A stretch of 43,700 nt of DNA from Planctomycetota bacterium. GTDB taxonomy: Bacteria; Planctomycetota; JAJSAM01. A program made the translations under genes and the position numbers. Under the pieces are notes generated by a model. That model made no database searches, was not told the DNA's origin, and saw only the letters and a program-made list of their open reading frames with translations. Positions 1-9,355 of this stretch are shown piece by piece. Within the stretch, counting starts at the first letter, position 1; each line of letters opens with the position of its first letter. The stretch lies in the NCBI GenBank assembly GCA_025459285.1, contig JALOQY010000001.1, positions 1 to 43,700 of the forward strand. The letters are read 5' to 3'.

Positions 1-1665
1 GTCTCCTTCGTCCAGGGGGCGGGTTTCGGCCGCCGCGCCGACTTCGGGGACGGCCACTCCCTGGCCGGCGGCATCGGCCTCCTCGTGGAGGCCGGGGGCG
101 ACGACTCCTACCTCGGCGGCGTCTACTGCCAGGGCGCGGGCTACTGGTTCGCGCTCGGCGCCCTGGAGGACCGGGCGGGCAACGACCGCTACTCGAGCGT
201 CCAGTACTCCCTCGGCTCCGCCCCCCACATGGCCGTGGGTTCCTGTGTCGATCTCGACGGAAACGACACCTACAACATCGACACGGCGGACCTCTACATG
301 CAGAGCGTCGGCTGCGCCCGGGATGGATCGCTCGCGGTCTTCATCGACGGTGCCGGAGACGACCAGTACCGGGTGGGGAACCGCTCGGCGGGCTCCGGGG
401 AGGTCAACGCGACAGGGTTCTTCTGGGACCGCGCGGGCGACGACACCTACGTCACGGAGCGGACCACACCCTCGCCGTCCTCGCCGGCCTTCGGTTGCGT
501 GGGCGTGGAGAGTGCCGAACCCGGTTCCTTCCGCGCAACGGTCCCCTCGGCGGGGGTCTTCCTCGACACCGGAGGGCACGACACCTTCGCCGAACGCCGG
601 CCGGAGGAGTTCACGGGGCCGCCCCTGCTCGCCGGGGAGGAGTCCTGCTGGCGACACTCGACGGTTCCGCGCCAGGCGAGCTTCGGCCTTGACGCCAGTC
701 ACTACCGCTCGATGCCGAGGCCAGTCTACTCGGACGAGTCTCTGGAGATCCACCGCTTCGAGACGAGCTGCAACACGTACTTCGTGACCTGCCGCCGGAC
801 CGGGAAGTTCACCGTCGTGGACCCCGGCGCCGGCATCCTCCCCGAGGCGCGGGCGTTCACCTCCGGCGGACGGGACCTTGAGGCGGTGTGGATCACGCAC
901 GAGCATGGCGACCACCTGACGGGGCTTGCGGAGCTGGTCGCGGCGTATCCGGTGGCCGTCTTCGCCCACCCCGAAACGGTCCTCGCGATGCCTTCGGTAC
1001 GGGAGCACTGGACCGACTGGTGGGCTCCCGCGGGTTCGCCCCGCCCACCCATGCCCGACCGCCTCGTGCGGGACGGAGAGGAGATCGCCGTGGGCCGGAC
1101 GAAGACCGTGGCCCTCCATGTCCCGGGCCACGCGCGGGGCTCGCTCTGCTTCCGGTTTGGCGACGCGGTGCTTCTGTCCGGAGACGTGCTTTTCCGGGGT
1201 TCGGTCGGCCGGACGGACCTCGATACGAGTGATCCCGAGCTGTTCCGCCGGGAACTCAGCGCGAAGATCTTCGATCTCCCCGACGAGATGGTCGTCCTGC
1301 CCGGCCACATGGGCGAGACGACGATCGGTGCGGAGAAGAGGGACAACTGGTTGTTCGTGGATTACGTGCGGGCGGCGCGGGGCGAGCCGCCGGTCCCGCG
1401 GCCGTGGATGGGTGTCATGCTCGACCAGGACTACGAGGGGCCGGGCCTCAGGGTCCGCGAGGTGCCCGCGGGCACGCCCGCGGACACGTCCGGGGTGAAG
1501 GCGGGAGACGTCATCCAGCGCCTCGGCGACGCCGAACTGGGGCGTGCCGAGGACCTCGCCACGGTCCTCCGGACCTTTCGGCCCGGTGACCGGGTCGTCC
1601 TGACGATTCTTCGAGATGGCACGGAGATCACCCTCGACTTCACGTTCGGCGAACGTCCGAGGTGA
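1..1665 (+). CDS. 5'-truncated fusion protein: Gly-rich DxxGxDxY repeat region + MBL-fold metallo-hydrolase + C-terminal PDZ domain
   Basis: Frame is open from base 1 (VSFVQGAGFG...). Repeats EAGGDDSY, DRAGNDRY, DLDGNDTY, DGAGDDQY, DRAGDDTY, DTGGHDTF. MBL motifs THEHGDH, PGH, GDVLF, PGH. PDZ-like PWMGV...GTPA..SGVKAGDVI...RPGDRVVLTILRDG. Confidence 0.8.
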   Translation, partial: VSFVQGAGFGRRADFGDGHSLAGGIGLLVEAGGDDSYLGGVYCQGAGYWFALGALEDRAGNDRYSSVQYSLGSAPHMAVGSCVDLDGNDTYNIDTADLYMQSVGCARDGSLAVFIDGAGDDQYRVGNRSAGSGEVNATGFFWDRAGDDTYVTERTTPSPSSPAFGCVGVESAEPGSFRATVPSAGVFLDTGGHDTFAERRPEEFTGPPLLAGEESCWRHSTVPRQASFGLDASHYRSMPRPVYSDESLEIHRFETSCNTYFVTCRRTGKFTVVDPGAGILPEARAFTSGGRDLEAVWITHEHGDHLTGLAELVAAYPVAVFAHPETVLAMPSVREHWTDWWAPAGSPRPPMPDRLVRDGEEIAVGRTKTVALHVPGHARGSLCFRFGDAVLLSGDVLFRGSVGRTDLDTSDPELFRRELSAKIFDLPDEMVVLPGHMGETTIGAEKRDNWLFVDYVRAARGEPPVPRPWMGVMLDQDYEGPGLRVREVPAGTPADTSGVKAGDVIQRLGDAELGRAEDLATVLRTFRPGDRVVLTILRDGTEITLDFTFGERPR

Positions 1666-3118
1666 TTTCGAATGCTGGCGGCGTGGAGCCGTCGGGGGTC
1701 GAAGGCCTTGGCTTCGACCAGCGGTGGCGGATCGAGATCGTGATCGGGCCGGGAGCGGCGGCCTTCAGGCTCCGGTGACGATCGGCATGGGAGATCCCGA
1801 GGAGGCGGAGGAAGAGGATCAGGCAGACGCCGCCGCCGATGGCCACCAGGATGAGGGCTCCGCTCCGTGAGACCTCCTTCGGTGGTTCGGTGGTTGCCTC
1901 CGGTTCGACCTGCTGCTCCGGCGGCAAGGTGTGCCGGTCGAACCATACCAGCCCACCCTGGTTTGCGGGCCCGGGCTGCCGGTCACCGGAAGAAGCCGGT
2001 CCGAGGACGGCCTCGGCGAGGTCCCGGACGGATTCGCTCTCACTGTCCCGGAGTTCCTCCAGGCGGGCATGGACCTCCCGGCGGTGCAGCGTGGACAGGG
2101 AGAGCAGTCGGACGGCTTCGGCGACGGCGTCCGGATCGGGGCTTCCGAGGTCCGCGAGCAACTTCAGGCCGTTCTCCTCCCACCAGCGCTGCTCCGACTC
2201 GAACCACAGCCGCCAGCGTCCGATATCGGCGGGGAGGTCCAGGCCGCTCAGGTTCCGGAGTGCCCAGAGCGCGCTCGACCGGACTGCCTCGCTGTCGTCT
2301 TCGAGAAGGCGGATCAGTTCCCCCGCCGCCAGCGGATCCATGAGCTGTCCGAGGGCCTGGGCGCTCTGCCTTCGGAATGCCGGATCCGGATCCGCGAGGA
2401 AGCCCCGGATGCCCTCGAGCAGAGCCGCGCATTCCTGCCCGGGAGGCATGCGCCCCAGTCCGGAGAGGACGAGCAGGTCCATCGTGCGATTCCGGCCGAG
2501 GAGCCCGGCGAGGTACGACATCGAGGTCGTGCGGGAGGCAAGGAGCACGCACTCCGAGAGGTGAAGCCGATGGGCCTGGGGGATCGAGTCGTCGAGCTTT
2601 CGCAGGACCTCGGGGAGCGCGCGCTCCGGGATCCGGTCGATCGCCGCTACCGCGACGCGCTCCGCGGGCCGGCGGAGGTCAGGACCCGCCGAGCTGACGA
2701 TCGAAAGGAGCGTGGCGAGGTGGTGCGGAGTAGCGAAGTCCCGGAGCAGGTCGAGTGCCGCGAGTCGGATCCGGACATCGGTCTCGCCCGTCACCGTAGC
2801 GAGCAGCCAGGCCGCGGGTTCCGGCTCGGCGACCTTCGCGACGGCGAGCGCGATGGCCTCCCTCCGGCGGGCGTCCCCCCCTTCCGTGTGGAGGATCAGA
2901 AGCCGGGGGTACACGGTGGGTCCCCGGGCGGCGAGGAGCGAGGCCAGACCTTCGGCCCGCGAGGCGGCCGGGGCGTCCAGGATCTTCCGGCACTCGGCCA
3001 GCAGGGGGTCCCCCTCCGGCACCGCGTCCTCCCGGGCCAGGCCGAGCGCGGCGGCCAGCAGCAGGACTGACAGGCCGAGGATCGTGGACGTCAGAGCTGG
3101 GCGGAGCGGTCGGGCCAC
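1640..3118 (-). CDS. HEAT-repeat protein with N-terminal signal peptide and C-terminal TM helix
   Basis: GTG at 3118 lies just after the upstream stop and precedes a hydrophobic leader. HEAT-like units LADPDPAFRRQSAQALG and LEDDSEAVRSSALWAL. TM ALILVAIGGGVCLILFL. Confidence 0.75.
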   Translation of the reverse strand: MARPLRPALTSTILGLSVLLLAAALGLAREDAVPEGDPLLAECRKILDAPAASRAEGLASLLAARGPTVYPRLLILHTEGGDARRREAIALAVAKVAEPEPAAWLLATVTGETDVRIRLAALDLLRDFATPHHLATLLSIVSSAGPDLRRPAERVAVAAIDRIPERALPEVLRKLDDSIPQAHRLHLSECVLLASRTTSMSYLAGLLGRNRTMDLLVLSGLGRMPPGQECAALLEGIRGFLADPDPAFRRQSAQALGQLMDPLAAGELIRLLEDDSEAVRSSALWALRNLSGLDLPADIGRWRLWFESEQRWWEENGLKLLADLGSPDPDAVAEAVRLLSLSTLHRREVHARLEELRDSESESVRDLAEAVLGPASSGDRQPGPANQGGLVWFDRHTLPPEQQVEPEATTEPPKEVSRSGALILVAIGGGVCLILFLRLLGISHADRHRSLKAAAPGPITISIRHRWSKPRPSTPDGSTPPAFEITSDVRRT

Positions 3119-3122
3119 CGGC

Positions 3123-4349
3123 TCAATTCTCCGGGAAGGGAGCGCGGCGGACGGAGACCGAGTGCAACGTCTTCTTCCAGTCGGAGGTCTTCGAGAGCGA
3201 CTCGTCATAGTGGAACGTGGCTCCCCCCGAGATCTTGATCTGGCGCCCCACGAAGCTCCCGAAGATGTCGGTCGTGCCAACCGGTGTCACCACCGCGTTC
3301 GGCGCGTAGAGGGCGCCGTGGAAGCCCGAACTGCCGGTGAAGGCGACCGAGGTCGCCACGGAGTAGACGACGAAGTTCGCCGGGAGCCCGTCGCAGTTCA
3401 GGAGTCCCTGGCCGGTGAGGTCGAGGGTGCTGCCGCGGTGGTACAGCACGACCTTCGCGCCGGGGTTCACGATCCACTGGGACTGGCCGCTCATCTTGAA
3501 GTCGCCGTCGACGTAGACCGTCACCGCGCCGTTGCAGGTGACCGTCCGCGAGGCGGTGAGGCTCACGCTGGTGTAGTGGTAGATCCCGGCATTCAAGGTC
3601 CGCGAGGAGTTCAGACTCCCGGAGGCCGGGATGGGTGGCTCGTACTTCACGGGAGCCAGGGGGCTCGGGGCGGCCGCCGGTGTCGTGGAGCCCGAGATGT
3701 AGCTCGAGCCGCTGATGAGCACGGCATGGCCCGGACCGGGGGTCACGTCCCCGAACACGGTGACGCTTCCGCTGATCTGGATGTTTCCGTTCGAACCGAG
3801 GTGTCCGTGCGCCCGCGCGTAGGTCTCGCCGGTCTTGGGGTCGACGTGGACCGCCTGGCTGGCGTACGTGCCCAGCGTGGTATCGTAGCTGTCGGCGAAG
3901 ATGTTCCCGGTGCCTCGCAGGTCGAGGTCGCCGAAAAGGGCCTTCGCGAAGGGGGAGGTGATCTCCGGAGCGAGGACCATCTCGACGGCCCGCCGCTGCG
4001 CGCCGAGGATGCCGCAGGAGGTGATGGTGAACGTGTCGCCGGCGGGGATCGCCCGGACCCAGTAGGTTCCGCCGCCGAACCCGAGCGGTGCGGTCGATGA
4101 GCCGATGTTCCCGGAGCCGCCCGACTTGATGTCCACGATCGATGCCTGGAGTCCGCCTTCGGCGACGTAGTAGGCGCGGAGGCCCTGCGCCCGGGACGAC
4201 TGGAGCTGCGCTTCGCCCACGCCGCTCCGCGTCATGGCCATGGCCAGTCCGCCGATGGCCACCAGCAGGACGAGTCCGACGACGAGGACCGTGCCGTGTT
4301 CCTCGCGGTTCCCCTTCCCGCATCCGGGTCTCGAAGCAACGTGGTTCAT
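3123..4349 (-). CDS. PilX-like minor pilin with beta-rich adhesin-like C-terminal domain
   Basis: EHG|TVLVVGLVLL prepilin-like N-terminus lacking Glu5, typical of PilX. AYYVAEGGL motif. Gly/Ser/Thr-rich beta-solenoid-like C-terminus (FHGALYAPNA..IFGSFVG..FHYDE). Confidence 0.75.
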   Translation of the reverse strand: MNHVASRPGCGKGNREEHGTVLVVGLVLLVAIGGLAMAMTRSGVGEAQLQSSRAQGLRAYYVAEGGLQASIVDIKSGGSGNIGSSTAPLGFGGGTYWVRAIPAGDTFTITSCGILGAQRRAVEMVLAPEITSPFAKALFGDLDLRGTGNIFADSYDTTLGTYASQAVHVDPKTGETYARAHGHLGSNGNIQISGSVTVFGDVTPGPGHAVLISGSSYISGSTTPAAAPSPLAPVKYEPPIPASGSLNSSRTLNAGIYHYTSVSLTASRTVTCNGAVTVYVDGDFKMSGQSQWIVNPGAKVVLYHRGSTLDLTGQGLLNCDGLPANFVVYSVATSVAFTGSSGFHGALYAPNAVVTPVGTTDIFGSFVGRQIKISGGATFHYDESLSKTSDWKKTLHSVSVRRAPFPEN

Positions 4350-4352
4350 GGT

Positions 4353-4997
4353 TCAGTTCCTTGGTCGAACAGTTGTGGCCGCGGTGGAGCTGAGAATCCG
4401 GCCGGTGGCGTCGGACCGCTCGATGGTCAGCCGGAGGATCCAGACGTCATCGCTCCGGTCCACGCAGAAGCCCCGCTCGTCGATGAGGCCGTTGCCGTTG
4501 TCGTCCAGCCCGTTCGGTATCTCGCCTTCCAGGTACTCCCGGACCCAGCGTGTCATCACGGTCGTACGAGTGGTCCCGGAAGCCGGGATCACCCGCTTCA
4601 CGAGCACTCCCTCGTCGATCAGCCCGTTGCCGTTGTCATCGTTCCCGTTGTTCTGTTCACCGGAGTCGTAGAGCAGCTCGACGACGATCGGATCGCCCCA
4701 CAGCGTCTTGCCTTCCGCGAAGCCGGCGCTCTCCTGGAAGGTGATCTTCGCGGTGCTCAGCGGTGCCACGGGAGCCGGCTCTATGATCTGCTGTCCGGAG
4801 TAGAGGAGGACCTCGGCGATCTCCTCGAGCATGGAGTGCGCGCGCTGGTCGAGCTCGGATCTCGTCACGCCGACGGCATAGGTGTCCGTGCTGGTACCGA
4901 GCAGGGCGTACATGGCGGCCGCGACGACCGACAGCACCCCGCCGACGATCAGGACTTCGACCAGCGTCACGCCGGTTTCCCGCCTGGCCAGGTCCAT
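4353..4997 (-). CDS. Prepilin-type N-terminal cleavage/methylation protein (PilW-like)
   Basis: MDLARRETG|VTLVEVLIV class III signal. ATG at 4997 overlaps the upstream TAA (TAATG). Confidence 0.8.
   Translation of the reverse strand: MDLARRETGVTLVEVLIVGGVLSVVAAAMYALLGTSTDTYAVGVTRSELDQRAHSMLEEIAEVLLYSGQQIIEPAPVAPLSTAKITFQESAGFAEGKTLWGDPIVVELLYDSGEQNNGNDDNGNGLIDEGVLVKRVIPASGTTRTTVMTRWVREYLEGEIPNGLDDNGNGLIDERGFCVDRSDDVWILRLTIERSDATGRILSSTAATTVRPRN
4476..4640. repeat. Two 30-bp imperfect direct repeats (4476-4505, 4611-4640) encoding DDNGNGLIDE
   Basis: ctcgtcgatgaggccgttgccgttgtcgtc vs ctcgtcgatcagcccgttgccgttgtcatc, 27/30 identical. Confidence 0.85.
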
Positions 4998-5536
4998 TAC
5001 CCGTCTCCCAACACCGTCGAGGTTTCCACGGACCGGAGGCCCGTCACTCCCTGCCACGAAACCCTCACCCGGAGGGGCAAGAGGACATAGTCCCCCGAGT
5101 GGTCGTTCCCATCGATGGTCCCGTCCCCGTTCAGGTCGCGGGGCATGCCGAAGTGCGCGTCCGTCGCATCTTCGCGGAGGAGTCCGTCGTCCCCCACGGG
5201 GAAGGAGATCCAGGCGGTGAGGTTCCCCTCTCCTTCGCCGCCGCGGCCGGGATCGAAGCGGAAACTGGCCCCGGGTGCCGTGTAGGCCCCGTCGGGGTCA
5301 TCGTAGGGGTTGCTGTTGAAGGACCGGAACACCACGCAGCACGGTATCGCGTGGAGGCGCTCCACGATCTCCCGCGCCGCCCCCGTGGCGACCGCCGTCT
5401 CCCGATTCACCGACGCCAGGGTCATCGCGTTGACCAGGGCGGCGACGAGCGCGCACGCCCCCACGGCCAGGATGGCCCCGGTCACGATGACCTCGACGGC
5501 CGTGAAGCCTGCGTCACCCCGTTCCGGATTGCTCAT
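4997..5536 (-). CDS. Prepilin-type protein (PilV-like)
   Basis: MSNPERGDAG|FTAVEVIV class III signal. GGAG RBS before ATG 5536. DLNGDG motif and C-terminal VRVSW strand. Confidence 0.8.
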   Translation of the reverse strand: MSNPERGDAGFTAVEVIVTGAILAVGACALVAALVNAMTLASVNRETAVATGAAREIVERLHAIPCCVVFRSFNSNPYDDPDGAYTAPGASFRFDPGRGGEGEGNLTAWISFPVGDDGLLREDATDAHFGMPRDLNGDGTIDGNDHSGDYVLLPLRVRVSWQGVTGLRSVETSTVLGDG

Positions 5537-5683
5537 GGTGCTCCAGTGGACCCGTGATCCGGCCATGCGTCCCTGTCTCCCGCCGCGTTGTCGGGGATTC
5601 TAAGCCATCGACTCTATCGGGATTCTTGCCGGAACGGACTTGAGGGAATTCCATCGGGCCGCGGACCGGGGACCGGGCCCGGA

Positions 5684-5689
5684 TACAAT
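5684..5689 (+). promoter_or_regulatory. Putative -10 box TACAAT, 7 nt before ATG 5697
   Basis: TAnnnT hexamer in GC-rich background. A divergent TAGAAT at about 5598-5603 (minus strand) would serve the pilin operon. Confidence 0.5.
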
Positions 5690-5696
5690 CCCGAGG

Positions 5697-6461
5697 ATGG
5701 TGCGGATCGTCTCCCTGGTGCCGAGCCTCACCGACGCACTCGCCGCGATGGGCCGGGACGGGTGCGTCGTCGGGCGGACCCGCTACTGCCCCCCGTCCCT
5801 CGACGGAGGTTCCGAGGATGTCGGTGGGACGAAAGACCCCCGGGTCGACCTCATCGTCTCGCTTCGACCGGACGCGGTCCTCGCGGTGAAGGAAGAGAAC
5901 CGGGAACGGGACGTCGAGGCGCTGCGGGCGGCGGGCCTCGTCGTCGTCGTTTTCGAGCCCCGCCGCCTCTCGGACGTTCCGGCCCTGGCGTGGAGCCTCG
6001 GCCGGCTCGCCGGCGCGGCCCGGCAGGGGGAGGCCATGGCCGCGCGCGCGGCGGCGGCGATCCGGATGGCCCGGGGGCGAGCCGCGGAGCGCCGGCGGAT
6101 CCGGGGAGCCTGGCTTGTCTGGAGAGGCCCCTTCCGGATCGCCGGGCCCGATACCTACATCGCCGATCTGCTCCGCGCCTGCGGAGTCGATGATCTCTTC
6201 CCCTCGGGGGAGTCCAGGTACCCCGAGGTTGCCCCCCCGGCGATCGCCGCCGCCGGAGCCCGCATCGTGTTCCTGCCGAACGAACCGTTCGCCTTCGGCG
6301 CCGAGCACGTGCCGGAGTTCCGCGCGCTCGCCGGCCTCGGCACCGAGGGCCCTCCCGCCACCGTGCTCTGCCGGGGTGATCTCGTCGGCTGGTACCCGGC
6401 CCGGACCGCCGAGGCGCTCCGCCACGTCGAGGAGATCCTGCTCCGGGAGTTCCCCGGGTGA
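5697..6461 (+). CDS. Helical-backbone metal receptor (BtuF/cobalamin-binding-like), no signal peptide
   Basis: RIVSLVPSLTD, VGRTRYC, VGGTKDP, PDAVLAVKEEN, LPNEPFAF family motifs. Confidence 0.85.
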   Translation: MVRIVSLVPSLTDALAAMGRDGCVVGRTRYCPPSLDGGSEDVGGTKDPRVDLIVSLRPDAVLAVKEENRERDVEALRAAGLVVVVFEPRRLSDVPALAWSLGRLAGAARQGEAMAARAAAAIRMARGRAAERRRIRGAWLVWRGPFRIAGPDTYIADLLRACGVDDLFPSGESRYPEVAPPAIAAAGARIVFLPNEPFAFGAEHVPEFRALAGLGTEGPPATVLCRGDLVGWYPARTAEALRHVEEILLREFPG

Positions 6462-6528
6462 CCGTTCTCTCAGGAGAGCGTGACGTCGCCGTGGCCGGCG
6501 GCGTTTACTCTGATGGGCGGGAGGTCTG

Positions 6529-8208
6529 ATGCGCGCGACCCTGTTCTTCCCCCTCGGGCTTGTCATCGGGGCGGCGGTGGCGTGGGCCGTCCGGTCCGGG
6601 TTCGACTCGACCCCGGCGAAGGCCCCCCCTCCGCCCGTTGCCGCCCCGAAGGCTGCCCGTGAACCTCCCGCGGCTCCGCCCCTCGAGGCCGGCGCTCCAG
6701 AGCCGGCTTCTCCCGGGGATTCCCAACCGGGCCGCGCCGCCTACCACGTCCTTCTCGCCGGCGCCCGGGCCTCGGAAGGGAACGGCACGGACCTCGAAGC
6801 CGAACTCGATCTCGCACTGGCCGCCGAGGCGACGCCGGAGCAGTTCTCGGCGGTGCTCGGTCTCCTCGAGCCGGGGGCGAGTCGCCTGCTGCTCGAGGCT
6901 CTCGCGTCGAGGTTGCCGCGGCCCGGCTTCAACTCCGCGAGGGCCGCGCAGTGGTTTGCCGAGGCGGACCTGACCGAGGGCAGCTTCCGGCTCCTCGCGG
7001 CCGCGATCGAGGAGCCGGGTGCCGACATCCCGAGCCTTTCGGGACGACTGGTCGAGGCCGACCCTGAAGCGGCCGCCACGCTGCTCCTTCGGCTCTCCGC
7101 CGAGATGGACTTCGACCAGCAGCTGCTCATGGCCATCGCGGAGGGCCTCGCGGATGAGGGCCGGCCGGATCTCGCCCGGCCGTTCCTCGATCGGGTGCTG
7201 GCCGGGGACCCCGGGAGCTTCCGGGCCGTGGACGTGCTGTCGCGGATGGACCCCGGGGCCGCGCTCGCCGCCGCGGAGGCGGGTGTCCGCCACGCGCCGG
7301 AGAATGCCGGCCTGTGGGGGAAGCTCGGCGAGCTGCGCCGGGCGGGCGGGGACACGAGGGGCGCCTTCGAAGCCTATCGGCAGGCCGCACTCCTCGCGTC
7401 GGACGAGGACGACCGGCGGACCTGGCTCGTCGGGATGGCCGGGGCGGACCCCCTCGCGGCCCTGCCGCTCATCCGGCGCTACGCCGCGGACGGTGACGAC
7501 GAGACGATGGGGGTTCTCGGGCGGACGCTCTCGGTGGTCGGAGAGCGGGCGGAGGCGTTCGAGGTGTTCCTCGCCGCGCACCGGAGGGACCTGTCGGACG
7601 CCGAGTGGCTCCACCGCCTCGTGGCCCTGGATCCGGCGCGAGCCGAATCCATCCTGCGCGAGGAGATGGACCGCCCGGATGCGGAGGTGAACGACGAGGT
7701 GGTCGGAGCCTACGCCCAGGCGGTGCTCCGGGACGGGCGGGCCGACGCGGCGTTCGACGCGTTCCTCCGCGCGCACGAGATGGACCGGGAGGACTGGGAG
7801 TGGCTCCGCGGCCTCGCCCGCTCGAACCCCGCCCGCGCCGCGCCGCTGCTCGAAGCCCTCCGGGACGAGATGCCGGAATCGGCGAACGTCCTCGGGGCCC
7901 TGGGCGATGCCTGGGCGGGCCTCGGGAGGCGGGCGGAGGCGGCGGAGCTCTTCCTCGAGGCGATCGAGTCGGACGACTCGCCCGCCCGCTGGATGGCCGC
8001 CCTCGTCGCGGTGGAACCGGGGCGGGGGCTGCCCATGCTCCTCTCGGCCGTCGAGGCGAAGTCCGGCGACGATGAGTACTGGGGCGCCCTGGGCGATGCC
8101 TACCGGTCCCTGGGACGGATCGAGGAGGCGCGAGAGGCCTACGACAAGGCCCTTGCCCTCGACCCCGACGACTGGGAGTGGAACCTGAACCGCGAGCAGA
8201 TCCGCTGA
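6529..8208 (+). CDS. TPR-repeat protein with N-terminal signal/anchor
   Basis: GGAGG RBS, hydrophobic N-terminus, TPR units such as YWGALGDAYRSLGRIEEAREAYDKALALDP. Confidence 0.85.
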   Translation: MRATLFFPLGLVIGAAVAWAVRSGFDSTPAKAPPPPVAAPKAAREPPAAPPLEAGAPEPASPGDSQPGRAAYHVLLAGARASEGNGTDLEAELDLALAAEATPEQFSAVLGLLEPGASRLLLEALASRLPRPGFNSARAAQWFAEADLTEGSFRLLAAAIEEPGADIPSLSGRLVEADPEAAATLLLRLSAEMDFDQQLLMAIAEGLADEGRPDLARPFLDRVLAGDPGSFRAVDVLSRMDPGAALAAAEAGVRHAPENAGLWGKLGELRRAGGDTRGAFEAYRQAALLASDEDDRRTWLVGMAGADPLAALPLIRRYAADGDDETMGVLGRTLSVVGERAEAFEVFLAAHRRDLSDAEWLHRLVALDPARAESILREEMDRPDAEVNDEVVGAYAQAVLRDGRADAAFDAFLRAHEMDREDWEWLRGLARSNPARAAPLLEALRDEMPESANVLGALGDAWAGLGRRAEAAELFLEAIESDDSPARWMAALVAVEPGRGLPMLLSAVEAKSGDDEYWGALGDAYRSLGRIEEAREAYDKALALDPDDWEWNLNREQIR

Positions 8209-8251
8209 CGGACCTGTTCCGCGTCCCGGGTCCCGCCGGTATCATCGCCTT

Positions 8252-9247
8252 GTGGTGCTCTTCCCGGACGCCAGTCCCGACCGGCCGGTCTACCTGTCCT
8301 GCGACTGCGGGGGCCGGCTGACGCTCGATGCACCTCCCGAGAGCTGGCCCCTCGCCTGCCCCGGCTGCGGGCGCCCGCTCGTCCGGGTGGATGGTGCGAC
8401 CATCGGGTCGCCGGGGGCGGGGACGAAGCTCCTGGCCTCCACCGGCGCCACGGAGGTCCCGGCGCGGGTCGTTCCGCTCTCCGGAGCGGTGGAGCGGTTC
8501 CGCTCCGGCCTGCCCGCTCCGCGGGAGACCGAGCCCGTCATGGAGATCGCGGGGCGGGACTTCCGGAATCGCCCGGTGCGGCGCATCGTGAAGGTCGAGC
8601 CGCCGGAGACGTTCGGCATGGAGACCTTCGCCCTCGCGCTCTGGCTCGCCGTCGTGCTCGGCGTGATGCTCGGCCACGCGCTGCTCACCGAGGCGGAGTT
8701 CACCGCCGTCAGCGTGCTCCTGTCGAGCGCGCTGTTCGCCGGCGCGACCGTGGTCTTCGTCCTGCTCCAGACCTCCACCGTGTTCCCCACACTCCGTCAG
8801 CCGTCCCGGGCCGGGCCGTGGTTCACCTTTGCCGCTGCGGGCGTGCCGGTGTCGGTGGGGGTGGTGGCGCTCTACTTCCGCGCGCTCCGGGGCTCGGGGG
8901 AACTGCCCCTCTCGGACCCGCTGCAGGACCTGCTCCGGGACCCGGCGTCCTCGCTCCCGATCCTGGTCCTCGCCGTGGGCGTGATGCCCGGCTTCTTCGA
9001 GGAACTGGGATTCCGGGGCTGGATGCAGTCCACCTGGCGGGAGATCGTCTCCCCGCGCCGTGCCATCGTGCTCACCGCCTGTGTCTTCACGGTGGTCCAC
9101 TTCTCGATCCTGTCGATCGCCTGGCTCCTCCCCATGGGGCTCTGGCTCGGCTGGCTCCGGGAGCGCTCCGGGAGCCTCTGGCCGGGCGTGCTCGCCCACG
9201 CCGGCCACAACATCGGCATGGTCCTCCTCATGCGATTCACTGGCTAG
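8252..9247 (+). CDS. CPBP (CAAX/Abi family) intramembrane metalloprotease with N-terminal Zn-ribbon
   Basis: EELGFRG, FTVVH and HAGHN motifs. CDC...CPGC at the N-terminus. Multiple TM helices. Confidence 0.9.
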   Translation: MVLFPDASPDRPVYLSCDCGGRLTLDAPPESWPLACPGCGRPLVRVDGATIGSPGAGTKLLASTGATEVPARVVPLSGAVERFRSGLPAPRETEPVMEIAGRDFRNRPVRRIVKVEPPETFGMETFALALWLAVVLGVMLGHALLTEAEFTAVSVLLSSALFAGATVVFVLLQTSTVFPTLRQPSRAGPWFTFAAAGVPVSVGVVALYFRALRGSGELPLSDPLQDLLRDPASSLPILVLAVGVMPGFFEELGFRGWMQSTWREIVSPRRAIVLTACVFTVVHFSILSIAWLLPMGLWLGWLRERSGSLWPGVLAHAGHNIGMVLLMRFTG

Positions 9248-9355
9248 CAGCCCTTCGGAGTAAGCCCTCATGCGCGCGGGAGCTTCTCGGCGACGGGCCG
9301 CTGGCGGCCGCCGGGGGGAGCGGTTAGAATGCGGCACCCCGGGGAGGGACGTGCC

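Noticed and set aside
5697-6461. BtuF-like protein lacking signal peptide and ABC partners as a novelty
   Set aside because: Stand-alone members of this subfamily are common.
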